Positions 12,844-26,772 are shown, counted from the stretch's first letter. The stretch is DNA of 64,000 nucleotides from Malacoraja senta (GCA_038087875.1 CM075993.1:11906001-11970000), one strand, 5' to 3'. Notes: generated by a model not told the origin, from the letters alone. Made by a program: numbers and translations.

Positions 12844-14053
12844 CTGCGAAATTTGTTTGAGAACCAGAGATAATCATTAATTTCATGAAATATGAAATGA
12901 TGTGATACGGCTAAACCTTTTGACCATCAAATCTGGCTCTACAATGAGCAATGAATTGCCCACCCAAGCCATCAAACTCCACCTGTTGTTCACTTGCCAG
13001 AAACTTCAGCAATCACTATTCATTCTGGACATTAGTTTGGTTCAAGCTCAGAACATACAGAACCACTGTAAGGTAATCCTCTATCCAACACGGTTGTCTA
13101 AGATCTCTCTTCCTCTGCATGTTTTCTAAATATAATGTCATTTATGCATTACCTCAGACAAGTTGATAAATCATCACTTCCACTTGTTTAATGTGTACAT
13201 CCTTTGCTGTTTTGGACTGTGCAGTCATGTTTTAAAAATCAATCATTTATCTCTGATACCACTGATACCACTGTTTGAAAATCCATTCATCTTTACAATA
13301 GTAAATAGTTTTTTTTAACCAAAGAATTTCTGAAATAACAATAATTCCCAGCAGAGCCACTGAAGGCTCCAACAGGTCAGAACAATTCTCTGAGATTCAC
13401 AGTCCACCTTGGCTGAATGTTGTGTAAAAAGAGCAGTTTAAAGTTGCTGAGTCTAAATAAGACAGAACGTTTGGGGGGTGGGGATGGGGGGTTGGTAATC
13501 AGTGGCTTTGAGAAGCAACAGGTCATGCTGTTTATTGTTCCATTATTCAACAATAGTATTTCAAATAGTCGTAGAGCATGGAAACAGGCCCTCCTGCCCA
13601 ACTTGTCCATGCGCACCAAGATGCCTCACTCAAACTAATCCCATTTATCCCCGTTTGGACCACATCCCTCTAAACATTTCCTATACGGAGCTGAAAGTCC
13701 CTTGTTCTGCGAGCTCACTAAAATCATGGTCCTTGTTTCAGTATAGTAATTGATCTATACGATGTAAATGGCTAGATTGTAATCATGTATTGTCTTTCTG
13801 ATGACTCGATAGCATACAACAAAAGCTTTTCATAATACCTCAGTACACATGACAATTAACTAAACTATCTAATCTGCACGTAACGTCTCGGGGAAAAACA
13901 ACATAAATCACCTTTTTTTATACTTGGCCTTGGAATCCAAAGCTTAAAAAAGACACAAAGTGCTGGAGTCACTCAGCAGGTCAGTTAGGCAGCATCCAGG
14001 GTGAAGGTGGATAGTGACGTTTCGGGTCAGGCTTTTAATTTGGCTTTGTTTAC

Positions 14054-14167
14054 CTTGTATTTTGACATCAGCAATGCTGGTCTTGTCATCACAGACAAAT
14101 ATGTTCAATGCCCCCAGCTCAGCAGACAGTTTCAAGTCAAATGTATCAAATGATGCATCTGTAGGCA
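14054..14167 (-). CDS. VPS13C: VPS13C exon 14 (114 nt; PTDASFDTFDLKLSAELGALNIFVCDDKTSIADVKIQ)
   Basis: atccag acceptor, gtaaac donor, phase 1-1. Confidence 0.9.
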
Positions 14168-14757
14168 CTGGATTGAAAAGTACAGTTTGATTAATAATTT
14201 GGCACGGAACAATTAAGAACCATGGCTATAATTAACATTATAAACTTTGTTTGCATTAAATCAGACAGTTGGTTACCACAACTACTTCTGTCACTGTACT
14301 TTGACAAAAATGCCAAGGTTTGTGAATGTGTGAAGAGAAGACTTACAAGAATGCTTCCAAAAAGGAGGGTTCGTCATGCAACTGAAGACTACCTGGCAAG
14401 CCACTGCCCATAACGGAGGATGAAGCAGAGAACATCAATAATTTAAAATAAATTGATTAATAAGGGTGTCAGGGGTTATAGGAAGAAGGCAGGAGAATGC
14501 GGGTGAGAGCGAAAGATAGATCACCCATGATTGAATGGCGGAGTAGACGATGGGCCGAAAGGCCCAATTCTGCTCCTAGAACTTAGGAACTTATGAAAAT
14601 AAACTTGTTTTGCATGGCGCACTATAAAATTATGACTGCGGTGACATCTATAAACTGTGCAGATCATCAACAGAAAAATGGCAAACCTTGAGTTCACCGC
14701 CATGTGCAGCCCAGACAACTGAGGGAATTATCTATAAACGAGCAGGTTCTCTGCCAA

Positions 14758-15056
14758 GCGGTGGCACAGCGGTAGAGTTGCTGCCTCACAGCGCCAGAGA
14801 CCCGGGTTTGATCCAACTATGGGTGCTGTCTGTACAAAGTTTGCATGTTCTCCCTGTGACCACATGGGTTTTCACCGGGTGCTCCGGTTTCCTCCCACAC
14901 TCCAAAGACGTGTGGTTTGTAGGTTAAGTGGCTTCTATGAATTGCCCCGCGGGTATAGGATGCAAAATTGAGATAACATAGAACAAGTGTATGGGTGATC
15001 ATTAGTTGGCACAGACACAGAGGGCTGAAGGGCCCGCTTCCACGCTGTATCTCTCA
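14758..15056 (+). mobile_element. V-SINE (HE1-like)
   Basis: tRNA-like head, V-domain gtgctccggtttcctcccacactccaaagac, CR1-like tail. Confidence 0.85.
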
Positions 15057-16365
15057 AGTAAGTAGAAAAATAGGAGACACGTGCTTATAGATCACATTGT
15101 CACAGCTTAGACAAACACACGGCCCTGGGAGCATGCCCCTTGCCTGCAGTGACTCGAGTTGCTAGTGATGAAAGGCGCCCGACAAATAAAAACATATTTT
15201 CCTTCAAAACATTTATTTGAAAATATATAAAACCTCACGTAACTCAAGCTGTAATAATAAGTACAGCTTTGATCTCAATCTCGCCATTAAACTTAGTTGT
15301 TCATCAATTTATCCGTTGGATGCTGACGGAGGGGAAAATGCCCAGACACATTGTGCCTTTATATGAAGCACATTAGATAAATATAATGTACATGTCGCTA
15401 ATATTTTATCCTAAAAGTAATTTATATGCTCCATCTTAAAGGTAAGCACAGGAAATAATTAAATGGCAAGGATGAGTGTTACTGCTTGTAGGATGGAATT
15501 TTGTACTATACCCATACCCTATATCTGACTTTACTCAGAGGCACAGACACAAAATAAAACAGCACATAGATCAGCGGTGAGTTATCAAACAAGTTGGCTT
15601 ATTAAAGGCATTATCAATGTACATCAGGGAACAGTGTGAACAAGCCCAAACTGCTTCCGCAAGCCATGATAACCACAACATTTTATATCCTCATGACACA
15701 ATGGTTACTTGTGGAGTTGAAATAAATCATTGGTCAACGTCTCTGTAACCTTCCATCTTTGTCTTTCCCCAAAGTTAAATTTAACCTTATGTTTCTTGTT
15801 GCTTTGAAAATCTCGCTCCCATATATCTATCAAATAGATACCATAAATGTCAACGTCCCTGTAAGGAGGATTGATTCTACTCGCTAAATGGGGTCCCCTA
15901 GTTCGTTAAGCTTTGGGAGACTTGCCTACTAAACACAGTGACAAAGGGCAGCTGTAATCTCAACAGATAAGAACCTAGACAGAACTGCAAAGGACTATTC
16001 TCCCCCCTACGGATAACAAAGCCTGCTTTTTGACAGACTGTTTCATCTTTAGTTATTCTGACTACATTCTTGGTCAATATTCCCATCATGCTTCCCCAGT
16101 ACGTGAGCTCTAGGGTTAACCAAATTCTAATTTACCTATCTTCCTTATAATTCTCAAAATTCCCGACAACACTGCTCACAGCACAATTCAACTCAAGGGA
16201 AGATCTGGCACATCAGTGTGATGAGCAAAACTGAAGTAAATCTTCCTCTCAGCAATTTAAGGTTTGCTTTTACCAATGCAAGAGGTAAACTGGAAATTAT
16301 TATCAGAAACAAGCACACATCTTTCAATTGAGGCCGTAATTAGCTTTTCCTTCTCAGTAATCTAC

Positions 16366-16522
16366 CTGCTTTTGTCGAAGTCTCCTTTGCATGACCTCCG
16401 GCACTGATCTTGGCTTCAGGATCTTTTTCAACACTTTTTGATGGGAACACTGCGGCCATGAAGTTCAAGGTTGAAAGCAAGGCTTGTGAATGCAGAATCA
16501 GGTCAAGAGAAGAGAAAGCAAT
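16366..16522 (-). CDS. VPS13C: VPS13C exon 13 (157 nt; IAFSSLDLILHSQALLSTLNFMAAVFP...)
   Basis: cattag acceptor, gtagat donor, phase 0-1. Confidence 0.9.
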
Positions 16523-16740
16523 CTAATGTCAAAACAAAAGGTTCATTGTTTTTGGATAATACTACTCAACGCACGACGTTATTACGGTACATTTGAGGAA
16601 TGAAATTAAGAAAGCACAGTTACTTATAAAAGAAAGTCAGGCTAACATAAGCAAAGTAAATGACACATATTTGCATTAAATATTCTCCATATTTAGCATG
16701 AGCTTACAAATGACCATGAGGCCAGGAAAATGAATGCTAA

Positions 16741-16968
16741 GTGGAGTTTGTACGTTCTCCCCATGACTGCTGGGTTTTCTTCGAGATCTTCGGTTTCATC
16801 CCACACTCCAAAGACACACAAGTTTGTAGGTCAATTGGCTTGGTGTAGGTGTAAATTGACCCTCGGCTGTGTAGGATAGTGTTAATGTGCGGGGATCGCT
16901 GGTCGGTGGGGACTCGGTGGGCCGAAGGGCCTGTTTCCGTGCTGTATCTCTAAACTAAACTAAATTAA
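16741..16968 (+). mobile_element. V-SINE, 5'-truncated
   Basis: V-domain plus (CTAAA)n tail. Confidence 0.8.
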
Positions 16969-17016
16969 ACAGGCCTTTCAGCACAAATTGCCCATGCCAA
17001 CCAAGATACCTCATCT

Positions 17017-17440
17017 GCGCCGCTGGACGGCCCCTGCACCCGCACTGCTGGACGGCCTCTTTGTTCCCTCGCTGCACCAGCTCTGGACAGCCTCTCTGCT
17101 CACCCACCGCTGGCTTCTCTCCACCTGCACCGCTGGACGACCTCCCAGCACCTGCACCGCTCGTCGCCTCGCTGCACCTGCACTGCTGGACGGCCTCTTT
17201 GCTCCCTCACCGCTGGACACCTCGCTGCACCCGCTCTGCACCAGCTCTGGACAGCCTCTTTGCTCACCCACCGCTGGCTTCTCTCTCCACCTGCACCGCT
17301 GGATGCCTCTCTCCACCTGCACCGCTGGACGACCTCTCTGCGCCCTCGCTACCGGATACCCATCGCTGCTGGACACCTCTCTTCGACTTCTCTGCTGGAC
17401 ACCTCTCTGCGCCCTCACCGCTGGACAACCTCTCTGCCGC
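17017..17440 (+). repeat. Degenerate tandem array of ~20-nt C-rich units (core ctgcaccgctgga) at the L2 5' end
   Basis: repeated ctgcaccgctgga / cgctggac motifs seen directly. Confidence 0.75.
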
Positions 17441-20400
17441 TTCATCATGATCAAATACTCGGCTCTGCGGCTGACTGGTCTCTCAAACAATCACACCCCA
17501 TCCTGCATCCCAATCATTAAACAATTTGGACTTCTACGTCGACCCCGTTACATCCATAGAGGCTCTCGATGCAAGCTTGTCTGCTCCGGCCATGGATATC
17601 TCATTCCATCCATCTGCTCACTATCACGCTCTGCCCCCCCTCAACCGTGTCACCCCCCATCCCAGCTGACCATATGCACTGTCAACTGGGACAACCTCAG
17701 ATCTCTCCAGCCTGCCCCCATCCCTCCACCCTCTCACAATGCCAACTTTGCCCTCCTCAACACCCGGTCGCTCAACAACAAAGCCCTTGCCCTCCATGAA
17801 CTAATCCTTGACAACACTCTTGACTTCCTTCTGCTCACTGAAACCTGGCAACAACCCAATGTCTTCTTCTCCCTCAACCAAGCATCCCCATCTGGGTTTA
17901 ATTATATTTCCAAACCCCGCCCCTCCCGCCATGGAGGTGGCCTCGCTGTTATTTACAACCAGAACTTTCCTATCGTTGAACTCACCCTCCCCCCAGTAGC
18001 ATAATTTGAATTCCTTGCCTTCAAAGCCCTTTCCTCCATGACAGTCATCCTCATTTACCGGCCACCTAAACCAAACCCCTCCTTCCTATCTGATTTCACT
18101 GAATTCCTCACACTTGTCTCATCTCTCACCACACGTCTGCTGCTACTTGGTGACTTAAACATTCATATGGACTCCCCCACCTGCAAGTTCGCATCTGAAT
18201 TCTCTTTTCTACTTGACAACTTCTCTCTCACTCAGCACGTCACCTTTCCCACTCATGACAAAGGTCACATCCTTGACCTGGTCTGCTCCACAAATCAACC
18301 GGTACTCGACCTCCATCCATGCCTCTTCCCCCTCTCGGATCATAAGCTCATACGGTTCACCATCCCTTCTCCGACACCTCGCCCCCTCTTCCTCCGAGAA
18401 ATCACCTTCCGTAATCTAAAATCTATCGATCCTCACCATCTCTCTGACCTGCTCTCCACCACTCTCCCCCTGGACTCAACCCACATCTCACCTGATGATC
18501 TCACAAACCATCTCAATTCCACCTTGTCTACCTCCCTTAACACTCTGGCTCCCCTCAAAACAAGAACTGTAACTTTTAATAAATCTTCACCCTGGTACAC
18601 ACCTGCACTTCGTAAGCTGAAACAGATTGGTCGCCGACTTGAACGACTCATAAAGAAATCACCTCTCACAGTCCACCATGAAGCTTACAAACTCCACCTC
18701 ACTGCCTATAAAGATGCCCTCATTGCTGCTAAATCTGCATACCTCTCCTCCATACTCACTGACCCCTGCCTAAACCACAGAACCCTCTTCTCCACAGTCT
18801 GCAACCTCCTCAAGCCTCGAGCCATCACTCTCCCAACCTCCACTCCGGATCTCTGCAACTCATTCCTCCACTTTTTTTGCTGATAAAATTAGCACCATCT
18901 ATCAATCCCTATCCCCTGTACCCGACTCCCCAGCATCTACTCCACCACCTACCAAGGCCCCTCCTTTCAACATCTCCGCTGATCTCCATACCCCTCCCCC
19001 TCACTGTTTCCTCTCCCAGTTTGACCCGGTCACCCCTACTGAAATCTCCAAACTCATCAGCTCTTCCAAACCCACTACCTGCTCCCTTGACCCTCTCCCC
19101 ACTCCCCTGCTGAAGTCCTGCCTCCCTACTCTCTGCCCCTACCTCACTAATCTTTTCAACTCCTCATTGTCCCAAGGAATTGTCCCCTCTGCTTTCAAAA
19201 CTGCTGCTGTCACGCCAATCTTAAAGAAACCTGGTCTTGATCCCTCCTCTCTCATTAACTACCGCCCCATCTCAAACCTCCCCTTTCTTTCAAAAACCCT
19301 GGAGCGCATCGTCGCGTCACAACTTCATTCCCACCTCCTTGCGTATAACCTATTCGAACCCCTCCAATCTGGCTTTCGCCCCCTCCATAGCACAGAAACT
19401 GCTCTCCTCAAAGTCCTCAATGACCTCCTTACCTCTGCTGACTCTGGCTCCCTCAATATCCTCATCCTCCTCGACCTGAGTGCAGCCTTCGATACCGTCA
19501 ACCACAACATCCTGCTCACCAGACTTAGGGACCTTGGCATTGAAGGTTCTGCACTCAGCTGGTTCCGTTCCTACCTTTCCAACCGATCCCACTTCATCTC
19601 TCTCCATAACCACACCTCTGCCACAGCCACTGTCACTCAAGGCGTTCCCCAAGGCTCCGTTCTTGGTCCCCTCCTCTTCATCATCTACATCCTCCCCCTT
19701 GGTCATATACTCCGTTACTTCAACCTGGACTTCCACTGCTATGCTGATGACACCCAGATCTATCTCAGCACCAAGTCCCCCCACCACCCCCCTCTCTCCC
19801 ATATCAACTCCTGCCTATCAGCCATCAAATCTTGGATGCAACTCAACTTCCTTAAATTAAACAGTAGCAAAACAGAATTTCTCCTCATTGGCTCCAAATC
19901 AACACTCACTAAAATTAACAACCCCACTCTCACTATCGACGGCACCACTGTCTCCCCATCTCCTCAGGCACGCAACCTTGGCGTGATCCTTGACTCAACC
20001 CTCTCCCTTGAGCCTCACATCCGCCATGTTATCAAAACATCATTTTTTCACCTCCGCAACATTGCAAAAATCAGATCCTCTCTCACACCCCCCGCTGCTG
20101 AAAGACTCATCCATGCCTTCATCTCCTCCCGACTGGACTACTGTAACTCTCTTCTTTTCGGAATCAATTCCAGCAGCATCAAACGACTCCAACTGGTCCA
20201 AAATGCAGCCGCTCGACTCATTACCCACACCAAATCCTGGCACCACATCACCCCAGTTCTCAAAGAACTTCACTGGCTTCCCATTTCCCACCGGATCACC
20301 TACAAAATCCTGGTCCTCACCTACAAAGCCCTCAACAACCTGGCCCCCCCTTATCTCATTGACCTCCTCTCCCCCTACCAACCCTCACGGTCCCTCAGAT

Positions 20401-20715
20401 CCACATCAGCTGGTCTCCTCTCCACTCCGAAATCAAACCTCTGCACTTTTGGAGGCAGAGCCTTCTCCAGGGCAGCTCCCAGGCTCTGGAATTCCCTCCC
20501 ACAACCGGTCCGAAATTCTGAGTCCCTCACCATCTTCCAGTCCCGCCTCAAGACCCATCTCTTCACCTCTGCATACCCTTAGTCCCATGTTCCCCCCCCC
20601 CCTCTGTCTTACTGCTCTATTTTGTTTTGTTTATTCCTGACTCTCAATTGTAAAGCGACTTTGAGTCCTGAAAAGCGCTATATAAATAAAATCTATTATT
20701 ATTATTATTATTATT
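17017..20715 (+). mobile_element. L2-clade LINE, near-complete ORF2 (APE endonuclease + RT)
   Basis: LLNTRSL, LTETW, GGG, IYRPP, GDLN, SDH; NYRPISNL, QGSVLGP, YADD; stop at 18002-18004 and frameshift near 18875; (ATT)n tail; inserted in a CR1 3' end with ATCT duplicated (17013-17016 / 20716-20719). Confidence 0.93.
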
Positions 20716-22428
20716 ATCTACACTAGTTCCACCTAGGCTTGTTTAGGCCATAACCCTCTGAATCTTTGCTATCCATGTGTCTGTCCAAATGTCTTTTAAA
20801 TTGTATCTGCCTCAACTACCTCCTCTGGCAGCTTGTTCCATACACCCTTTCGGTTCATATTAAATCTTTTCCCTCTCATCTTAAACCTACAGTATGTTCC
20901 CTGGTTCTTCACCCCTACTCTAGGTAAAAGACTCTGTGCATTCATTATATCTACCCTCCTCATACTCGTGTGCTGCAAGGAATAAAGTCCTAGCTTACAA
21001 CATTTCTCCCTTAAGCTCATCCCCTCAAGTCCTGGCAACATCCTTGTCAATCTTTCCTGCACTCTTTCCCACTTAACATTGTTCCTATAGCAGGGTGACC
21101 AAAAATGCAGCCTCACTAACATTCTTGCACAACTGACACATAGCATCCCAACTTCTACACTCAGCACCTTGACTGATGAAGGCCAATGTACCGAGAGACT
21201 TCTTGACCATGTGTGTGTCTGTGTCTATATATACACATATTTATATAAAAGAGGGTTGTGGTGGAAGGGTGTGATTCTGGCTGGAGGCCAGTGGTGTTTG
21301 CAGGGTTCTGTGCCGAGACCAGTTGTTGGTGATATATATTAACCACTTGGGCATAAATGTAGATGAGTTGGTTAGTAAATGTTCAGACAACACCAACATT
21401 GGTGGAGTTGGGGACAGTAAGGACTGTCAAAGTATATAGGCAGATATAGATCAGTTACAGAAATGGAAGAGAAATGGCAGATGGAGTTTTATCCAAATGT
21501 GAGGGGAAAACATATAGTTAGACTCTTAACAGCTTGTTATACAGAGGAATCTTAAACTCCAAGTCGATAGCACCCCAAAAGTAGCAACACCATTAAATAT
21601 AATGGTAACAAAGGCATATGATATGCTTGCCATCAATTAGAAGGGGCATTGAGCATTAGAGTTAGGAAGTAATGTCGCAGCTTTATAAAATCTTTGGTTA
21701 GGCCATGTTTGGAGTATTGTGTGCAGTTCTGGTCACTCATTACAGGAAAGATACAGAGGCTTTGGACAGGGTACAGAGGTGGTTTACCAGAAATAAAGAA
21801 ATGACAGAGAGTGTGAATAGATATTATGGAGCAGTCTGTACAGTTGACATCAGTAAAGCATCCTGATGAGACATAGTCTAGGGTCTTAAAGGAACTGGTA
21901 ACTTGTAATCTAGCAAAAGTACCTCAATTCCAAAGGTTCCAGAGAATGGAAAAAATGCAAATGTAAAAACACTCTTAATGAAAACAATAAGCAGGACTCC
22001 AGAGGCTTGTTAGCCAAACATTCTCCTAAAAAATGCTGGAATCCATTCCAGACCAGGCAATAACAGAACAATTGGGACTCAATTGTGACTCTCAAAACAA
22101 AATTGAGGATAGTATTAAATCCACAGAATGGGCATATAAAAGGATATACAAAAGGTCACACATAGGATACAGAAAACAGTGTGGTGTCCATGACAGCATG
22201 GAGATGAAGACTGTCCAGATAACTTTACTTTTGATACCAATAGTTAGAGAGAAAGATAAGAAAGTTCTGGAAGTACAAGATGCATAACAGTAATATTTCA
22301 GAATTTGAAAATAAAAATGCTTGAAAATTCCAGTTTATCAGCGAGTGTCGATGAAGACAAGAGTCACGATTGAGGTGAAGGGGTAAACATTTATTCCATT
22401 ATGAATATACTGTGAATATTTTACTTAC

Positions 22429-22488
22429 TGTCATCTTTTGCTCAGTACTCTCAAAAGTACTTTTGAAATGTGGTCCACTTCTATCCGC
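22429..22488 (-). CDS. VPS13C: VPS13C exon 12 (repeat B; 60 nt; ADRSGPHFKSTFESTEQKMT)
   Basis: ttgcag acceptor, gtaagt donor, phase 0-0. Confidence 0.88.
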
Positions 22489-22860
22489 CTGCAATCAAAA
22501 AGATAATTGATCATAAAGTTATAATCTTAAAATAGAAATCTCAAGAATAAACAGTTAGAGCTGCAAATCAGTCCCACTCCCTTGTTTAGTTTAGTTTTAG
22601 CTTTGTTAACTGATACAGCGTGGATAGAGGCCCTTCGGCCCACCAGGTCTGTGCAGACCAGCGATTACCTGTTCACTAGTTCTATCCTACATACTAGGGA
22701 CAATTTACAGAAGCCAATAAACCTACAAACGTGCACGTCTTTGGGATGTGGAAGGAAACTGGAGCACCGGAGAAAATCCACGTGGTCACTGGGAAAACGT
22801 ACAAACTACGTACAGACGGCACCCGTAGTCAGGATCGATCCCAGGTCTCTGGCGCTGTAA

Positions 22861-23552
22861 AGGGCCTGTCCCACTTACGTGTCCTTGGCACGCAAATTAC
22901 GCGACCTCGTGGTCGCGTTGAGCCGAGATGGTCCCGCGAAGGTCGGGCATGATACCATGCGAATGCACAGCCGTCTGGAGCGCGTGACGTCATTTGAAGA
23001 TGGACACAAAGCTGGAGTAACTCAGCGGGACCGGCAGCATCTCTGGAGAGAAGGAATGGATGATTCGTGTCGAGACTCTTCTTCAGTCTGAAAAGAAGGG
23101 TCTTGACCCGAAACATCACCCATTGCTTCTCTCCAGAGATGCTGCCGGTCCCGCTGAGTTACTCCTGCATTTTGTGTATATCTTCAATTTTCTTGGCCCC
23201 GCTCTGGGAGTAGAAGTGGGGGCGGATCCGGACCACAACGGCCGTGAGCCCCAGGCCGAGCTCGGCGATCGTTTGCCTGCTTCTGCTGCTGTTGGAGGTG
23301 AGACGTTGCGTCGCGCCAGGGTCTTGGGCTTGTCCCACTTTGGCCATCAGTTCCGCGACAGGCTGTTGGCGCGCGAAGATTTTGTTCACTACAAACATTT
23401 CGGAGCCCCGCGCGATGTGACGCACAACTACATACCCCTCCACGCTTCTAATTAAGACCGGCCCCGCGCGGCCATACGATGCCCGTGCACCTCAACGCGA
23501 TCACGAGGTCGCATAATTTGCGTGCCAAGGACACGTAAGTGGGACAGGCCCT
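22861..23552. mobile_element. PIF/Harbinger-type MITE (contains a Penelope palindrome at ~22995-23187)
   Basis: ~60-bp TIRs starting AGGGCCTGTCCCAC; TAA TSD; interrupts a V-SINE. Confidence 0.85.
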
Positions 23553-23764
23553 TAAGACAGCAACTCTACCGCTGTGCTGTCCCTTTTGCTCACCACCATT
23601 CAAACATTTTCATTTACATCATTTTCTTGTTGATTTCTCTCAATTCACAGCATGAGAGAACTTAACAACAAAATATCCCTGGAGGCTAAAATATTCCTTG
23701 AGTCAAGCTTATTGTCAGAGTACGTGAGCATTAATGCATCTGCTTTCACTTTAGAGAGGTTTTT

Positions 23765-24048
23765 ATACAGTGTGGAAACAAGCACTTCGGCCCACCAAGT
23801 CCACGCCAACTATCGATCACCCGTACACTAGTTCTATGTTATCCCACTTTGGCATCCTACACACTAGGGACAATTTATAGAAGCTAATACACCTACAAAG
23901 CTACACGTCTTTGGGATGTGGGAGGAAACAGGAGCAAACCCACAAGGTCACCAGAAGAACATACAAACTCTGTACAGACAGTACCTGAGGTCAGAAACAA
24001 ACTGGAGTCTCTGATGCTGTGAGGCAGCAGCTCAACCTCTGTACCACC
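23765..24048 (-). mobile_element. V-SINE (older copy)
   Basis: reverse complement of the same family. Confidence 0.7.
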
Positions 24049-25415
24049 CCCTGGTTTTCAGCGTTTGACAACTTTCCTTTTAAAATTTGAAGGGATTAAA
24101 CTTCAAAAACATTATAAAACAAAAAAATGCAAATGCTGGAATTCTGGAATAAAAGCTGGAAATACTAAACAGGCCAGACAGCATCCAAAGAAAGAGAATT
24201 GTTGTTAAATTTACATCAGAATTGTGAAAATTAAGGGGGGAAAAGCATGTATAAAGTAGGTGAGCAGTGGGCAGAATGAAGGGAATGCTGCAGCTGGTTG
24301 ACTGGTGGAATAAGAGCTTCATTGGCACGACTGTGGTAGATAGGGTTATTTACCCTAGGTCGGGGGATAAGAACCAGACCACATAGGTTTAAGGTGAGGG
24401 GGGAAAGATTTAATAGGAAACCAAGGGGCAACTTTTTCCACACAGAGGGTGGTGTGTATATGGAACAAGTTGCCATGGAAGGTAGTTAAGACAGGTACTG
24501 TAACACATGTAAAAAGACAGGTACATGGATAGGAAAGGTTTAGAGGGATATGGGCCAAACATGGGTAGGTGTGATTAGTGTAGATGGGACATCCTGGTTG
24601 GCATGGACCAGTTGAACTGAAGGGCCTCAGGTATGACTCTCTGACTATGACTTTAAAAAGCCATTTGGACAGATAAATAGGTTTAGAGGTATATGGGCCA
24701 AAGGCAGGAAAATAGGACTAGTCCAATTTCTCAACCTGGTCGGCATGGATAAGGTGGGGTGAAAGCATCGCATGGTTCCAGCTTTCCATCCCTTTACTCC
24801 CTAATTCTCTTCCTCCAACAGATCAGCTGTGTTTAACAAACAGGCACTCAGTTTGAAGGGTCCCGACCCAAACCATCTCTTATCCATTTTCTCCAGAGAT
24901 GCTGCCTGACCTTCTGAGTTACACCAGCACTTTGCGTCTTCATTCATGACTCTATCCCAGATGGCATCAACAATGTGTTTCCAGGGTCATTCTAGTCTCC
25001 TCCCATCACATATATTCCTTTTGTTCTGTCCACTGCTCTCCTCTCACAAGTCAAAACGTACTTGCTTTTTCACAGAACATAGAACAGTACAACACAAGAA
25101 CAGTCCCTTCGGCCCACAATGACTTTGCCGAACATGATGCCAAGACCGGCTCTGATTTGCCTGCACATAATCCATATCCCTCCATTCCCTGCATATGCAC
25201 ATGCCTATCCAAAAATCTCTTAAATGCCACTATCGTATCTGCCTCATCCCCCAAACCCAGCATCGCATTACAGGCAGTCAACTCCCTCAGTGTGTAAACA
25301 AAAAACCTTCTTCACACATCTACTTTAAACTTTGCCCATCTCACCTTCAAGCTATTCCTCTAGTATTTGATTTTTCAACTCTGGGAAAATTATTCTGACT
25401 GTCTGCCTCTCATTA

Positions 25416-25787
25416 GGACGACAGATGGCGCAATGGGCTAAGTGTTCGGCTGGCAACCGGAAGGTAGCCGGTTCGAATCCCGCTTGGAGTGCATCATGTC
25501 GTTGTGTCCTTGGGCAAGACACTTCACCCACCTTTGCCTGCGTGTGAATGTGTGTGAATGTGTGTGAATGTGTGTGAATGTGTGTGAGTGATTGGTGGTG
25601 GTCGGAGGGGCCGTAGGCGCAGATTAGCAGCCACGCTTCCGTCAGTCTGCCCCAGGGCAGCTGTGGCTACAGAAGTAGCTCACCACCACCGAGTGTGACT
25701 GAGGAGTGAATGAATAATGCGATGTAAAGCGCCTTGAGTATTAGAAAGGCGCTATATAAATCCCATCCATTATTATTATTATTATTA
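25416..25787 (+). mobile_element. tRNA-derived CORE-type SINE (AFC-like) with an L2-type tail
   Basis: A-box TGGCGCAATGG, B-box GGTTCGAATCC; GTGTCCTTGGGCAAGACACTT core; tail tgtaaagcg...gcgctatataaat(ATT)n shared with the L2 here. Confidence 0.8.
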
Positions 25788-25989
25788 TGTTGCATGCTTC
25801 GATCAGGTCTCCCTGCAACATTCTGCATTCCAGAGAAAACAATTCAAGTCTGTCCAATCTCTCCCAGTTGCAAATATCCTCTAATTCAGGCATCATTCTG
25901 GTAAAGCTCCTCGGTACCATCTCCAAAGTCTCCACATACTTCCTGTAATGGGGCAACCAGGCTGCCCATCATACTCCAAATGCAGCCTG

Positions 25990-26772
25990 TTTAAGAAGGG
26001 AGCAAAGTAGAAGCGTGGAAACTACAGGCTGGTTAGCCTGACTTTAGTAGTTGGTACGATTTTAGTCCATTATAAAGGATGAGGTTTCTGACTACTTAGA
26101 AGTTCATGATAAAATAGGCTGCATTCAGCATGGTTTTGTGAATGGGAGATCTTGCCTGACAAATCTGTTGGAATTCTTTGAGGAATAAATAGCAGGACAG
26201 ACAAAGGAGAGTCAATGGATGTTGTTTACCTAGATTTTCAGAAAGCCTTTGATAATGTGCCACATGGAAGGCTGCTAAGGAAAAGCCCATGGTGTCAAAG
26301 GGTAGATATTAGTATGGATAGCAGGTTGGCTGGATGGCAAAGACAGAGTGGCAACATAGGGGGCTTTGTCTGGTTGGCTGCCAGTGACAAGTGGAGTTCC
26401 ACAGGGCTCGGTGCTGGGGCCGCTACTCTTCACGTTGTATATTAATGATTTGTTCGAGGAGATTGAAGGCTTGGTGACCAAGTTTGCAGATAATACGAAA
26501 ATAGGTGGAAGGGCAGGTAGAGAAAGCAAGGACTCTGCAGAAGGACTTGGACAGGTTGGGAGAGTGGGCAGAGAAGTGGCAGGTGGAATACAGTGTAGCA
26601 AAGTGTGGAGTCATGCATTTTGGTAGTAGGAATAAAGGCGTAGACTAATTTCTAAATGGGGAGAGCATTCAGAAATCGGAGGTGCAAAGGGACTCGGGAG
26701 TGCTGGTGCAGGATTCCCAAAAAGTGAATCTGCAAGTCGAATCGGTAGGAAGGAAGGCAAACACAATGCTAA
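25990..26772 (+). mobile_element. Degenerate CR1 RT fragment
   Basis: DVVYLDFQKAFD, TSGVPQGSVLGP; similar to 4540-5400. Confidence 0.85.

Noticed and set aside
17017..17440. CRISPR-like array
   Set aside because: Degenerate tandem units without unique spacers, no cas genes, eukaryotic LINE context
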